A stretch of 64,000 nt of DNA from a virus: IMG/VR virus record IMGVR_UViG_3300008952_002707, positions 7,183-71,182 of that record; one strand, given 5' to 3'. The translations under genes were made by a program, and so were the position numbers. The notes beneath the pieces were generated by a model. That model was not told the origin of the DNA, searched no databases, and worked only from the letters and a program-made list of their open reading frames with translations. Positions 10,425 to 19,804 of the stretch are shown here, piece by piece. The first letter of the stretch is position 1; every line of letters begins with the position of its first letter.

Positions 10425-11348
10425 ATGATGAAAGCAATAGTACTAGGACATACGGGATTTGTTGGTAAAAATCTTGTAACCTTTTTAGAACAGAACAATA
10501 TTGAAACGGTGGGGCTCTCCCGCGATGAGTGTGATCTACGTGATTACGATGAGACGATTCAAGCACTTCAGGAGCATGCTGATGTAGACGTTATTTTTAA
10601 TTGTGCAGCGAACGTAGGAAGCGTCCACTATGTTACTTCTTATGCTGGAGACGTTATTCATGATAATACGTTAATGGCCCTTAATTTATATCGAAGTGTA
10701 TTGATGGCATGCCCTACAGCTGTCATAGTTAATCCGCTATCAAACTGTTGCTACGCCAACGGAACAGAAATCCAGGATGAAACTAAGTGGCTTGAAGGAG
10801 CAGTGCACCCCTCCGTCTTTTCCTTTGGGAACTTCAAGAGAGTTTTATATTATATCGCGGGCTGCTACAATATACAGTATGGCGTACGCAGCGTAAATCT
10901 CATGTTCCCCGGCATCTATGGACCAGGGGACAGCACAGACCCCAATAAGGTACACGCACTTAACGGAATGATTATACGCATGTTGGGTGCTATCGAAACA
11001 AACGATGAGAAGTTTGAGATTTGGGGAACCGGAAAGCCGGTCCGAGAATGGATATATATTGATGATGTGTGTAAAATTATGCATAAGTCAATTGATCTAG
11101 GCGACGTAATTGAGCCAATCAACGTTGCTCAAGGAAAAGGGTTTACGATTGCTGAAACCGGTGGGTGCATCGCAGCTGCCACAGGGTATTCGGGCGAATT
11201 GACATTCAATACCGATTATCAAGACGGTGCCCCCGTGAAGATTTTAGGGATGGGTAAATTTGCAACGATGTTTGAGGGGTATGAATTCTCTGATCATCAA
11301 GAAGGTATAAGCCATACGGTTGAATATTATAAAGGAGTATTGAAGTAA
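10425..11348 (+). CDS. GDP-L-fucose synthase-like epimerase/reductase
   Basis: GHTGFVG, CAANVG, SNCCY, YGPGD...VHAL, IWGTGKPVREWIYIDD, DGAP; YxxxK is altered to FxxxK. Confidence 0.8.
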   Translation: MMKAIVLGHTGFVGKNLVTFLEQNNIETVGLSRDECDLRDYDETIQALQEHADVDVIFNCAANVGSVHYVTSYAGDVIHDNTLMALNLYRSVLMACPTAVIVNPLSNCCYANGTEIQDETKWLEGAVHPSVFSFGNFKRVLYYIAGCYNIQYGVRSVNLMFPGIYGPGDSTDPNKVHALNGMIIRMLGAIETNDEKFEIWGTGKPVREWIYIDDVCKIMHKSIDLGDVIEPINVAQGKGFTIAETGGCIAAATGYSGELTFNTDYQDGAPVKILGMGKFATMFEGYEFSDHQEGISHTVEYYKGVLK

Positions 11349-12481
11349 TGGAACAGGATTATAAGATGGAAGAGCCCATCATCCGATGCTGGAGCGTGTT
11401 TATTCCAGACCATGCGGGTGAAGAGGTGACAAAGACCCTTAAGTCTACGTGGATTAACACCGGGAAGAAAGAGAAAGAATTCAGAGAGAAGATTTGTGCG
11501 CGCTTTAACGCTCCATATGCAGTTGCATGCATGACTGGCACAGCTGCCCTCAAAATAGCCCTTAAAGCACTGGGAGTAGGACCAGGCGATGAGGTGGTGA
11601 GCACCCCGTTTACCTTTATCGCTACAAACACAGCCATTCTAGAAGTAGGCGCCACTCCCGTCTTTGCAGATATTCAGTACGATACCCTAAATATTGACCC
11701 CCAGAGTGTTGCCGAGAAAATTACAGATAAAACCAAAGCTATTATGTGTGTTCATTATGCCGGCAACCCAGTCGATCTAGACGAATTACGAGAAGTTGCT
11801 GCAGCTCACAATCTCCCGATCATCGAGGATAGTGCCCACGCCCAAGGTGCGAAGTACAAGGGTAATCCGATCGGATCCACAGGAGACGTAGCAACGTTCT
11901 CCTTCCAGTGTGTGAAGATCGTCACCAGCGGCGACGGCGGCGTCATTACTACGACGCGCCCTGAGGTCTATGCCAAGCTCAAGAAGCAGTCATGGTATGG
12001 TATCGATCGCGATACAAAGAAGACCAGCATTCTTGACCCCCTCCCTGCCCCTCCTGACGGTCTAGGCTTTAAGTCTAACATGAATGACATCACGGCCACT
12101 TTAGCATGCGTAGCCATTGACAGCCTAGACGAAGCTCTCTCCATCCGTCGCGTTATTGGAGAACATTATCGTGAAGAACTCGGGGGGCTATCGAAAGTTA
12201 CCCTCGTCGATTACAAGGATCACTGGACTCCTAACTATCAGATATTTCCCATCCATGTAGAATCCCGCGCTGAGTTTGCGCAGTTCATGTGGGATCGAAA
12301 TATTCAAGTTAATGTCAACAACAGGCGCAACGATGTCTATGAGATGTTCGGCGGAATATGCGACCTCCCCAATCTTAAACGAGCTGATGAAGATGTTATC
12401 CTCATTCCGCTCCATGCTGACCTTACGACTCATGACGTAACTCGCGTTATCACTGCTATCAAGGAATATGATGCTCTATGA
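11348..12481 (+). CDS. DegT/DnrJ/EryC1/StrS PLP sugar aminotransferase
   Basis: GTAAL, GDEVV, FIAT, IIEDSAHA, FSFQCVKIVTSGDGG. Confidence 0.92.
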   Translation: MEQDYKMEEPIIRCWSVFIPDHAGEEVTKTLKSTWINTGKKEKEFREKICARFNAPYAVACMTGTAALKIALKALGVGPGDEVVSTPFTFIATNTAILEVGATPVFADIQYDTLNIDPQSVAEKITDKTKAIMCVHYAGNPVDLDELREVAAAHNLPIIEDSAHAQGAKYKGNPIGSTGDVATFSFQCVKIVTSGDGGVITTTRPEVYAKLKKQSWYGIDRDTKKTSILDPLPAPPDGLGFKSNMNDITATLACVAIDSLDEALSIRRVIGEHYREELGGLSKVTLVDYKDHWTPNYQIFPIHVESRAEFAQFMWDRNIQVNVNNRRNDVYEMFGGICDLPNLKRADEDVILIPLHADLTTHDVTRVITAIKEYDAL

Positions 12482-13194
12482 GAGCACTTATTGGACATAC
12501 AGGATTCGTAGGATCGAATATTCTAGAACAATCTAGTTTTGATAAGTGCTATAATTCCAAAAACATAGAGTCTATAGCAGGCGAAAAATTTGATACTGTG
12601 GTCTGTGCAGGCGTAAGCAGTATTAAGTGGAAAGCAAACAAGGATCCTAAAGAAGACTTTAAGCAAATTCAACGACTTATAGAGCACTTAGGAAAGGCTG
12701 AGTTTAAAAAATTAATCCTAATTTCTACGATTGCTGTTTATGATAATCCGGCAAATAGTTCCTATGGCAGCCATAGATTATATCTAGAAACCTATTTAAA
12801 GAACACTTACGAAGATACTTATATTACCCGATTGCCCTCCTTATTCGGAAAAGGATTAAAAAAGAATGTTATATATGATCTAATGAATAAGGATTATAGG
12901 TTCCTCCCTGGTCCGTGGAGTTTCTTTCAATATTATTGTCTAGACAATATATGGTCAGACATCATAAAACAGCTTGAACTAGGAATTAAGGTTTTAAACC
13001 TGAGTACCGAACCGACGCCTTTTGATAAGATTCTCAGCCTGTTTGAGATAGAGCCCGAGAAAATTGTCCGAGGGAAGACAGTACAAGAGAAGATGACGTC
13101 AGATTACGCTATACACTGGGGCAAAAAGGGAAGGTATCTATATACACAGTCGGAAGTCCTGACTGACTTAAGGAGATTTATAAACGATGAATGA
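12478..13194 (+). CDS. NAD-dependent epimerase/dehydratase-like SDR
   Basis: LIGHTGFVGS, ISTIAVY, YGSHR, RLPSLFG. Confidence 0.78.
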   Translation: MRALIGHTGFVGSNILEQSSFDKCYNSKNIESIAGEKFDTVVCAGVSSIKWKANKDPKEDFKQIQRLIEHLGKAEFKKLILISTIAVYDNPANSSYGSHRLYLETYLKNTYEDTYITRLPSLFGKGLKKNVIYDLMNKDYRFLPGPWSFFQYYCLDNIWSDIIKQLELGIKVLNLSTEPTPFDKILSLFEIEPEKIVRGKTVQEKMTSDYAIHWGKKGRYLYTQSEVLTDLRRFINDE

Positions 13195-13495
13195 ATATTA
13201 TCAATATTATCTAACACTTCACACGCACCCTAAGTGCAGGTTATTGCATTTTATTGGCCAATGGGCGACTTTAATATTTGCCGTCGCAGTTTTTACCGCA
13301 AACTTGTGGTACCTTATACCATTAATACCATTCATTGTCTATCCCTTTGCGTGGGCCGGCCATCTCTACTTTGAGAAAAACAAGCCTTTAGCCTGGGAAG
13401 GCACGAATGATTATGGATGGACAACGCTGAAGGCCAAAGTTTGTGATTGGATCATGTTTAAAGACATTTTATTAGGGAGATTAAAGATATGGTAA
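13187..13495 (+). CDS. DUF962/Mpo1-like membrane protein
   Basis: YLTLHTHPKCRLLHFIG, hydrophobic segments, FAWAGHLYFEKNKP. Confidence 0.8.
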   Translation: MNEYYQYYLTLHTHPKCRLLHFIGQWATLIFAVAVFTANLWYLIPLIPFIVYPFAWAGHLYFEKNKPLAWEGTNDYGWTTLKAKVCDWIMFKDILLGRLKIW

Positions 13496-14436
13496 AAAAG
13501 AAAATATTGGTTACTGGCGGCGCCGGCTACGTGGGGACTGCCCTACTGCCGCGTCTTCTAGAGGCTGGACATGAAGTTACAGTATTTGATAATTTAATGC
13601 AAGGTGGAAATCAGCTTTTATCATTTTTTCGCAACAAAAACTTTCACTTCGTGAACGGGGATGTCACCATTAAGGGCGACCTAGAGTCGGCAGTAAAAGA
13701 GAAGGATATCATTATTCATTTGGCTGCAATTGTTGGATTCCCAGCATGCAAAAACAATCCTGAGTTAGCCACTGCTGTTAACGTCGGGGGGACACAGAAT
13801 TTAATTGATGTTACCACACCGGACCAAGTTATCTTTTATGGTTCGACTGGGAGCAACTATGGTAAGGTGACAGATATTTGTACTGAAGAATCTCCCCTTA
13901 ACCCGTTAAGCCTATATGGCGAAACCAAGACACAAGCCGAACATATGCTGATGGCTCGTGGAAATGTTGTGGCATACAGATTCGCAACTGCCTTTGGAGT
14001 ATCGCCTCGCTTACGTTTAGATTTACTTATAAATGACTTTACAAACAAGTGCCTGCGGGATGGATATTTGGTAGTGTACGAAAAGAACTTTATGCGAACG
14101 TTTATTCATGTCTCAGATATGGCCGCAGCTTTTATGTTAGCGGTCAACAATGTTGACAAGATGGTAAACAATGTTTATAATATTGGCGACGACACGATGA
14201 ACTATAGCAAAGAAGAAATTTGCAATATGGTTTCGGAGAAGACAAATGGGTTCATCCATTTCGAGGAAATTGGCTCGGATGCAGATAAAAGGAACTATGT
14301 TGTCAGTTATGATAAGGTGAGAGCGCTTGGGTTCAGAACTCAGGTAAGCATTGAGGACGGCATCGATGAGATTATTAAAGCCTTAAACGTTATTGATTTT
14401 ATTAATCCATACGTTAATATTAAAAGGGGACTCTGA
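13489..14436 (+). CDS. NAD-dependent nucleotide-sugar epimerase/dehydratase
   Basis: VTGGAGYVG, HLAAIVG, YGETK, RFATAFGVSPRLRLDL. Confidence 0.9.
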   Translation: MVKKKILVTGGAGYVGTALLPRLLEAGHEVTVFDNLMQGGNQLLSFFRNKNFHFVNGDVTIKGDLESAVKEKDIIIHLAAIVGFPACKNNPELATAVNVGGTQNLIDVTTPDQVIFYGSTGSNYGKVTDICTEESPLNPLSLYGETKTQAEHMLMARGNVVAYRFATAFGVSPRLRLDLLINDFTNKCLRDGYLVVYEKNFMRTFIHVSDMAAAFMLAVNNVDKMVNNVYNIGDDTMNYSKEEICNMVSEKTNGFIHFEEIGSDADKRNYVVSYDKVRALGFRTQVSIEDGIDEIIKALNVIDFINPYVNIKRGL

Positions 14437-14438
14437 TC

Positions 14439-15041
14439 ATGGCAAAATATGATTTAAACATTTTACGCGCGAGCAACGAAAATCTTAAACACACTTGGAA
14501 GTCGCATCCCAACGTTCATGCCGCCGTAACCCCCGGGGGAGATAAAGAGTATATGAAGCTCTTCCGCGAACACTACGATGGATTCACTGGTTCGATCCTA
14601 GAGATCGGCGCCGGGACTGGCTTTTTAGCTAATGAGATATTAACCCATTATCCTAATATAGATTATACGATTTTAGACATTGAAAAAAACATTGAAGAAG
14701 TGGTTAAGAAGACTTTGATCGACCACCCGGAGGTGAAGTATATTACATCTGCTAACTATGAAAAGGTTTTTGATGAGCAATATGATATGCTATTAGAAAC
14801 TCATTGTCTTTCGGAAACTCCGCGATACTATTACACCAATCTTTTTAATAATTTATCTATAAAATCTTGTTTTGTCATCGACTACGGAGGCGATCCCACT
14901 GATCCTGGGTTTAATGATTCACTCCTGGCATGGTTCGAGCAATTTCCTTCTAAACAAGTGTTAAAGAATTATAACTTAGCCGGCGGTAAACTGAAAGGCA
15001 TCCCGGTTTATATAGGAAAGCCAGATGATAGCTCCGGCTGA
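14439..15041 (+). CDS. Class I SAM-dependent methyltransferase (putative sugar O-methyltransferase)
   Basis: ILEIGAGTG, YTILDI, HCLSE. Confidence 0.75.
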   Translation: MAKYDLNILRASNENLKHTWKSHPNVHAAVTPGGDKEYMKLFREHYDGFTGSILEIGAGTGFLANEILTHYPNIDYTILDIEKNIEEVVKKTLIDHPEVKYITSANYEKVFDEQYDMLLETHCLSETPRYYYTNLFNNLSIKSCFVIDYGGDPTDPGFNDSLLAWFEQFPSKQVLKNYNLAGGKLKGIPVYIGKPDDSSG

Positions 15042-15753
15042 TATTAAGAACCCATTTGGTGATTATAAAAACAGTCACCTAGGTCGCTCTGGCGTCCTCT
15101 TCGGCTCGGGACCCTCACTACTTCAGTTCGACACTACCAATCTTCCGGATAATGTTTTGCGCTTTGGAGTTAATGATCAGATTTTTCTAGATTTAGATTT
15201 AGATTATTGGTTTATGGGCGACTCCGTCCCTCAAGTCCCTGCTAAGTTTTGGGATCGGCTGCATCTATATAACAACTATACCCCTAAGCTTCAAAAGTTT
15301 ATCCGTTTCTGCGATTGGAAAGATGACAGAAAAATCATCGTACCTCCGTATGGACAGGTGGCTCGCAATGGGCAGCTTCCGCTGGGAATGAAAAACTCTA
15401 AGTATTATGTAGCAGGAAGCGGCGGAAACCCAGAGACATGTCTGTTCAAAAAGGACATTGCCGAGGGTCATCTGACAGCTGTAGCATCTATCTCTTTTGA
15501 AGTGCTGCAATTTATGTTATACTGTGGAATACAAAAGATCTACTTGGTAGGACATGATTGTGATTACACTAATGGAACTTTTGCAAAGATTATGATTGGC
15601 AAACAACAACAGGCTGATTATTATATTTTGAGATACTGGAGACATGTAAAAGAGTGGATCGGACAGAACTATCCTGATGTACAGATTTACAGTATTAATC
15701 CGGTGGCCCTTGATATATTTCCAGAAGCTCAGATAAAGGAGATAAAATGTTAG
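15025..15753 (+). CDS. Maf/DUF115 (MptE-like) fold protein, putative ulosonic-acid transferase
   Basis: LFGSGPSL, GVND, IYLVGHDCDY. Confidence 0.7.
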   Translation: MIAPADIKNPFGDYKNSHLGRSGVLFGSGPSLLQFDTTNLPDNVLRFGVNDQIFLDLDLDYWFMGDSVPQVPAKFWDRLHLYNNYTPKLQKFIRFCDWKDDRKIIVPPYGQVARNGQLPLGMKNSKYYVAGSGGNPETCLFKKDIAEGHLTAVASISFEVLQFMLYCGIQKIYLVGHDCDYTNGTFAKIMIGKQQQADYYILRYWRHVKEWIGQNYPDVQIYSINPVALDIFPEAQIKEIKC

Positions 15754-16361
15754 ATATAGAAAATAAAAATATTTTTATTGACTTTGATGGAGTAATATGC
15801 GATTCTAATGAGATAAAGAAGGGAAACATAGAAGCCGCGGCGGCGTTGTATGTGGACAAGAAAACAGCACGAACATTTAGAGAATATTTCATCGCCAATA
15901 ACGGACTCCCGCGCGACCTAAAAACCAAAGAATTTTTTAAAGAAGATATGCAAGTTCCAACAGAAAAGATTTTAGAGGAGTATACAAAATTAAATGTAAA
16001 TCTTTTAGATGCTCCACTAAACACAGGTCTCATACGGTTCTTAAAGAAAAATTCTAACGACACGGTGTATATTCTCTCTGGTGGAAGCCGCGAAGAAATA
16101 GAAGAATATTTAGAGAAACAGGGTATAAGGGATTATTTTTATGAGATACTCTCTGCACCCACAACTAAGATTGAACATTTGAAAAATATAGAAAGGCGCC
16201 CCCATGATTTTTTTATAGGAGACTCGCGTTACGATTGTTTAGCCGCGACCGCGAGTGGGGTCAACTTCATCTTCATGAAGGGGCTGACGCAGGAGGCGCC
16301 GCCATTCAAGTTTTTAAGTGCCGACGATCAGGTTGTAGAGAATTTCATAGATTTATTATAA
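15747..16361 (+). CDS. HAD-superfamily phosphatase
   Basis: FIDFDGVICDS, ILSGG, K, FIGDSRYD. Confidence 0.85.
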   Translation: MLDIENKNIFIDFDGVICDSNEIKKGNIEAAAALYVDKKTARTFREYFIANNGLPRDLKTKEFFKEDMQVPTEKILEEYTKLNVNLLDAPLNTGLIRFLKKNSNDTVYILSGGSREEIEEYLEKQGIRDYFYEILSAPTTKIEHLKNIERRPHDFFIGDSRYDCLAATASGVNFIFMKGLTQEAPPFKFLSADDQVVENFIDLL

Positions 16362-16362
16362 T
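16333..16362 (+). promoter_or_regulatory. Possible sigma70-type promoter for the GAPDH-like sub-cassette
   Basis: TTGTAG-N18-TATAAT, followed by AGGA upstream of ATG 16387. Confidence 0.35.
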
Positions 16363-16386
16363 AACTCATAAGGACGCTTATATCGC

Positions 16387-17448
16387 ATGACAAGGGAAAA
16401 AATAAAAGTAGGAATCAATGGGCTTGGGCGTATTGGGAGAGCTATATTACGAAATAATCATTATAAAGAATTCCTTGACGTTAAGGTTATAAATGACATT
16501 AATCCTGATGCGCATAATTTAGCTTATACTCTAAATTATGACACTCTATATCCTTCTCCATTCAAATTCAAAGTTGATGATACGATTCTTGTTAGTGGTA
16601 ATTATCGTATAGCCATCTATAGCTGTAGAAACATAGACGAAGTGCCATGGGAGGATCATGATCTTGATTATATCATCGATGCTTCCGGAGTGTATGAAAA
16701 TGTTGTTAGAGCGAGAAAAATCCTAAGTCGAAAGAAGATCAAAAGAGTTTTTGTAACCCACTCCCCGGACATCGTAGATTTTCAGTTAGTATTGGGAGCT
16801 AACGAGGAAGAGTTAAATCTCGATGAGCATTTTTTAATTTCTACTAGTATTTGTGATGCTACTGCTATTGCTCCCGTGTTGAAATTGATAAATGATAAGT
16901 ATAAGATAACAAGTGGCTATATAACAACGTTGCATCCTTGGTTAAGTTATCAAAATCTGCAAGATGGTCCCGCTAGCTCCTGGTCAGTTCCGGGAGAGAT
17001 TTATCATCATTATGCATTGGGCCGTACGGCCATTGGGAATATGATTCCGAAGCCCACAACAGCAGTTACCCAAACTTGCAATGTTCTCAAGCGCCATAAT
17101 ATAACCGAGGAAATGATCGGGTCATTTTCCTATCGAACTCCTACTGCCATAGTTGGTAGCGCAGATGTTACCTTAAACGTCGCGACATCGGTTACATGTG
17201 ACGCTTTAATAGCCTGTCTTACAGAATATGAAGAGAAACAGAAGTGGCAAATTATTAAGAATAATATCGAGCCCCTGGTGTCTTTGGATTTTAAGCAGAT
17301 AGATTATTCCGCGATTGTAGATAACAGATGGACTAGTGTCATCGGGGACAATCTTATAAAAGTAGTTTTGTGGTATGATAACGAGTATGGTTATGCTGGG
17401 AAAGTTGTTGAGCAGATTAAGTATGTCAATGACTTGCTCGATGGGTAA
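16387..17448 (+). CDS. Divergent GAPDH/erythrose-4-phosphate dehydrogenase-family protein
   Basis: VGINGLGRIGR, IND, IDASG, catalytic ICDAT (canonical SCTTN), TTLH, WYDNEYGY. Confidence 0.88.
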   Translation: MTREKIKVGINGLGRIGRAILRNNHYKEFLDVKVINDINPDAHNLAYTLNYDTLYPSPFKFKVDDTILVSGNYRIAIYSCRNIDEVPWEDHDLDYIIDASGVYENVVRARKILSRKKIKRVFVTHSPDIVDFQLVLGANEEELNLDEHFLISTSICDATAIAPVLKLINDKYKITSGYITTLHPWLSYQNLQDGPASSWSVPGEIYHHYALGRTAIGNMIPKPTTAVTQTCNVLKRHNITEEMIGSFSYRTPTAIVGSADVTLNVATSVTCDALIACLTEYEEKQKWQIIKNNIEPLVSLDFKQIDYSAIVDNRWTSVIGDNLIKVVLWYDNEYGYAGKVVEQIKYVNDLLDG

Positions 17449-17453
17449 AATAT

Positions 17454-18206
17454 ATGGAAAATAAATTAGTAGCTATGATCCCAGCTCGGTTAGGAAGTAA
17501 AAGGGTCACAGGAAAGAGTTTGCGGCTGCTTAATAAGAAGCCCCTCATTTCTTATTGTATAGATGCCCTCAAGGAGACTGCCCACTTCTCTGACATCTGT
17601 ATTAATTCAGACTCAGAACTGTATGAGCAGGTAGCTCTTCGCGAGTCAGTTAAATTTTATAAAAGAAGACCAGAACTAGCTACCAGTGAATCGTTGATAG
17701 ATGATTATATTTATGATTTTGTGTTGCATACAGATGCAGACTACCTGGCAATTGTAAATCCTACGTCTCCGTTTGTGACGTCCGATGAATATGATCGCGC
17801 ATGGGAGCAGTATAGAAATGGTGACTGCGATACCCTCTTATCATGCGAGAGAATTCAGACTCATTGTTTTTATCAAGGGATCCCGGTTAATTTCGACCGC
17901 GACGGGCAGCATCCAAGGTCGCAGGATTTGGAGCCTTTACTGGCATTGAATTTTGCTATAACAATAATTAATTGTGAGAAATATCGACAAAATTATGAGA
18001 AGCATCAATGGGGACTATATACTGGGACCTTGGGTTTTTTTGAAACAAGCGGCATAGGCTCCATAGATATCGATTACGAAGAGGATTTTCAACTGGCAGA
18101 GTTTATGTCTCAATTTATGGAAGCTCAATCTTCTAATGAGTTTTCGAAAGAGTACGATCCAATAATACAGCCGCTCATTGATTCCGGTAGGGACATTACT
18201 AGTTGA
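17454..18206 (+). CDS. CMP-ulosonate synthetase (NeuA/KdsB-like cytidylyltransferase)
   Basis: MIPARLGSKRVTGKSLR, RRPELA, PTSPF, IDIDYEEDF. Confidence 0.88.
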   Translation: MENKLVAMIPARLGSKRVTGKSLRLLNKKPLISYCIDALKETAHFSDICINSDSELYEQVALRESVKFYKRRPELATSESLIDDYIYDFVLHTDADYLAIVNPTSPFVTSDEYDRAWEQYRNGDCDTLLSCERIQTHCFYQGIPVNFDRDGQHPRSQDLEPLLALNFAITIINCEKYRQNYEKHQWGLYTGTLGFFETSGIGSIDIDYEEDFQLAEFMSQFMEAQSSNEFSKEYDPIIQPLIDSGRDITS

Positions 18207-18820
18207 AGCATGCTCTCCCAATAACTGAGAATATCCACTGTTTAGCTCTAAATTATAGGGGAGTGGGGGATAACTCACAAGATCCACTATATTTTGTTAA
18301 ATCGTTAAATGCAATGTGTTTTAGTAATAGTCATGTTGAATATCCTCAACTATCAAATCAGTTTTGGACAGAGCCCGAGCTGGCAGTTTTTATTAGTGAG
18401 GAATGCCACAATGTGGAAGCGTCCGCCGTTATGGAAGTCATTCTTGGAGTTACTCTGGGAGCGGACCTCACTTGTCAGAATGTCCATCACCGCGATCATC
18501 ACTTAGCGTTTTCAAAAAGCCGAAAAAACTTCTGCCCAGTGGTGGAAGAGTACCTTTCGCCTACGATTCTAGACCAATCCTCAGAATTCGTGCTCCGTAC
18601 TTTTATAAACGGAAAACTTACTCAAGAGGGAAACACGAAGGACATGAAATACAACTTATTGGAATCTATATCTTATATATCAAGAATAACTGAGCTTAAG
18701 CGGGGAGACCTTATCTTAACGGGAACGCCCGCCGGCGTAGAAAACAATATATTGCAACGTGGGGACAGAGTGCTGCACACACTTGATGATAAACTTGAAT
18801 TACGATTTGAGGTGGTCTAA
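18203..18820 (+). CDS. Fumarylacetoacetate hydrolase (FAH)-family protein
   Basis: TTG start; LALNY, YFVK, EPELAV, ADLT, SKS, GDLILTGTPAGV. Confidence 0.85.
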   Translation: MKHALPITENIHCLALNYRGVGDNSQDPLYFVKSLNAMCFSNSHVEYPQLSNQFWTEPELAVFISEECHNVEASAVMEVILGVTLGADLTCQNVHHRDHHLAFSKSRKNFCPVVEEYLSPTILDQSSEFVLRTFINGKLTQEGNTKDMKYNLLESISYISRITELKRGDLILTGTPAGVENNILQRGDRVLHTLDDKLELRFEVV

Positions 18821-18822
18821 AA

Positions 18823-19767
18823 GTGTCAAAGATAGTTATAACGGATTATTTTTCAGCCCCGGGATCCCCGGAAACACGTATTTTGGGCAATTTAGTGGGG
18901 GTAGAGGCTACAGAAGAAACCGAAGTCCTCATGGTCTGGCACGATATAATCGATGAAGACTATATTAAAGATATACCTCGCTTAAAAGGAGTACAGAGAT
19001 ACGGCGTCGGCTTCGACAATTTAGATATTGATTACCTTAAATCGCGGGGGATTGTATGTTGCAACAACCCTGATTATGGAGTAGACGAGGTATCCGATAC
19101 GGCATTGTCTATGATTTTAAATTTCACCCGTGGCACGACCAGTTACAACGAAAGGGCAAAATGCTTATATAACACATGGCAAGAGAACGTTATACCCACA
19201 GTTCGAAGACACTCAGAAATGACACTAGGAATAATCGGCGCAGGGCGAATAGGAGGATCACTAATTCAAAAAGCCAAAGCTTTAAAGTTCAACATTGTTT
19301 TCTATGATAAGTATCAGCCGAGTGGAATTGAAAAGTTGCACGGTGTGCAGCGGATGGAATCCTTGGAGGACTTGTTGGGCGCATCAGATATTGTGTCAGT
19401 ACATATACCCAGCAATGACGAAACGAGGGGGATGATAAATAAAGAATTTATAGAGCGTATGAAAGACGACTCGATATTGGTTAATACTGCACGAGGTGAT
19501 CTGATAGAAAGCTTGGATGTCTTATACGACGGATTAAAGTCTAAAAAAATATCTAAGATAGCCTTGGACGTCCTCCCGGAGGAACCCCCGATTACTAGCC
19601 CCCTGATAAATGATTGGCGATCGAGCTTAGGTTGGATTAGGGATCGTCTTATTATTAATCCACATACGGCTTACTACTCCGTAGAGGCTATCGAAGAGAT
19701 GAGAGTAAAAGCGGCAACTAATGCACTGCGTATATTGAAAGGGCAAACACCTTTAAACATTGTATGA
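18823..19767 (+). CDS. D-isomer-specific 2-hydroxyacid dehydrogenase (CtBP-like)
   Basis: RYGVGFDNLD, PDYGVDEVSD, GIIGAGRIG, VNTARG, DVLPEEP, NPHTAYYS. Confidence 0.9.
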   Translation: MSKIVITDYFSAPGSPETRILGNLVGVEATEETEVLMVWHDIIDEDYIKDIPRLKGVQRYGVGFDNLDIDYLKSRGIVCCNNPDYGVDEVSDTALSMILNFTRGTTSYNERAKCLYNTWQENVIPTVRRHSEMTLGIIGAGRIGGSLIQKAKALKFNIVFYDKYQPSGIEKLHGVQRMESLEDLLGASDIVSVHIPSNDETRGMINKEFIERMKDDSILVNTARGDLIESLDVLYDGLKSKKISKIALDVLPEEPPITSPLINDWRSSLGWIRDRLIINPHTAYYSVEAIEEMRVKAATNALRILKGQTPLNIV

Positions 19768-19780
19768 GATCCATTATAAT
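19752..19780 (+). promoter_or_regulatory. Possible sigma70-type promoter
   Basis: TTTAAA-N17-TATAAT ahead of AAGGGA and ATG 19805. Confidence 0.4.
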
Positions 19781-19804
19781 ATATAAAGCAAAAAGGGAAA
19801 AATA

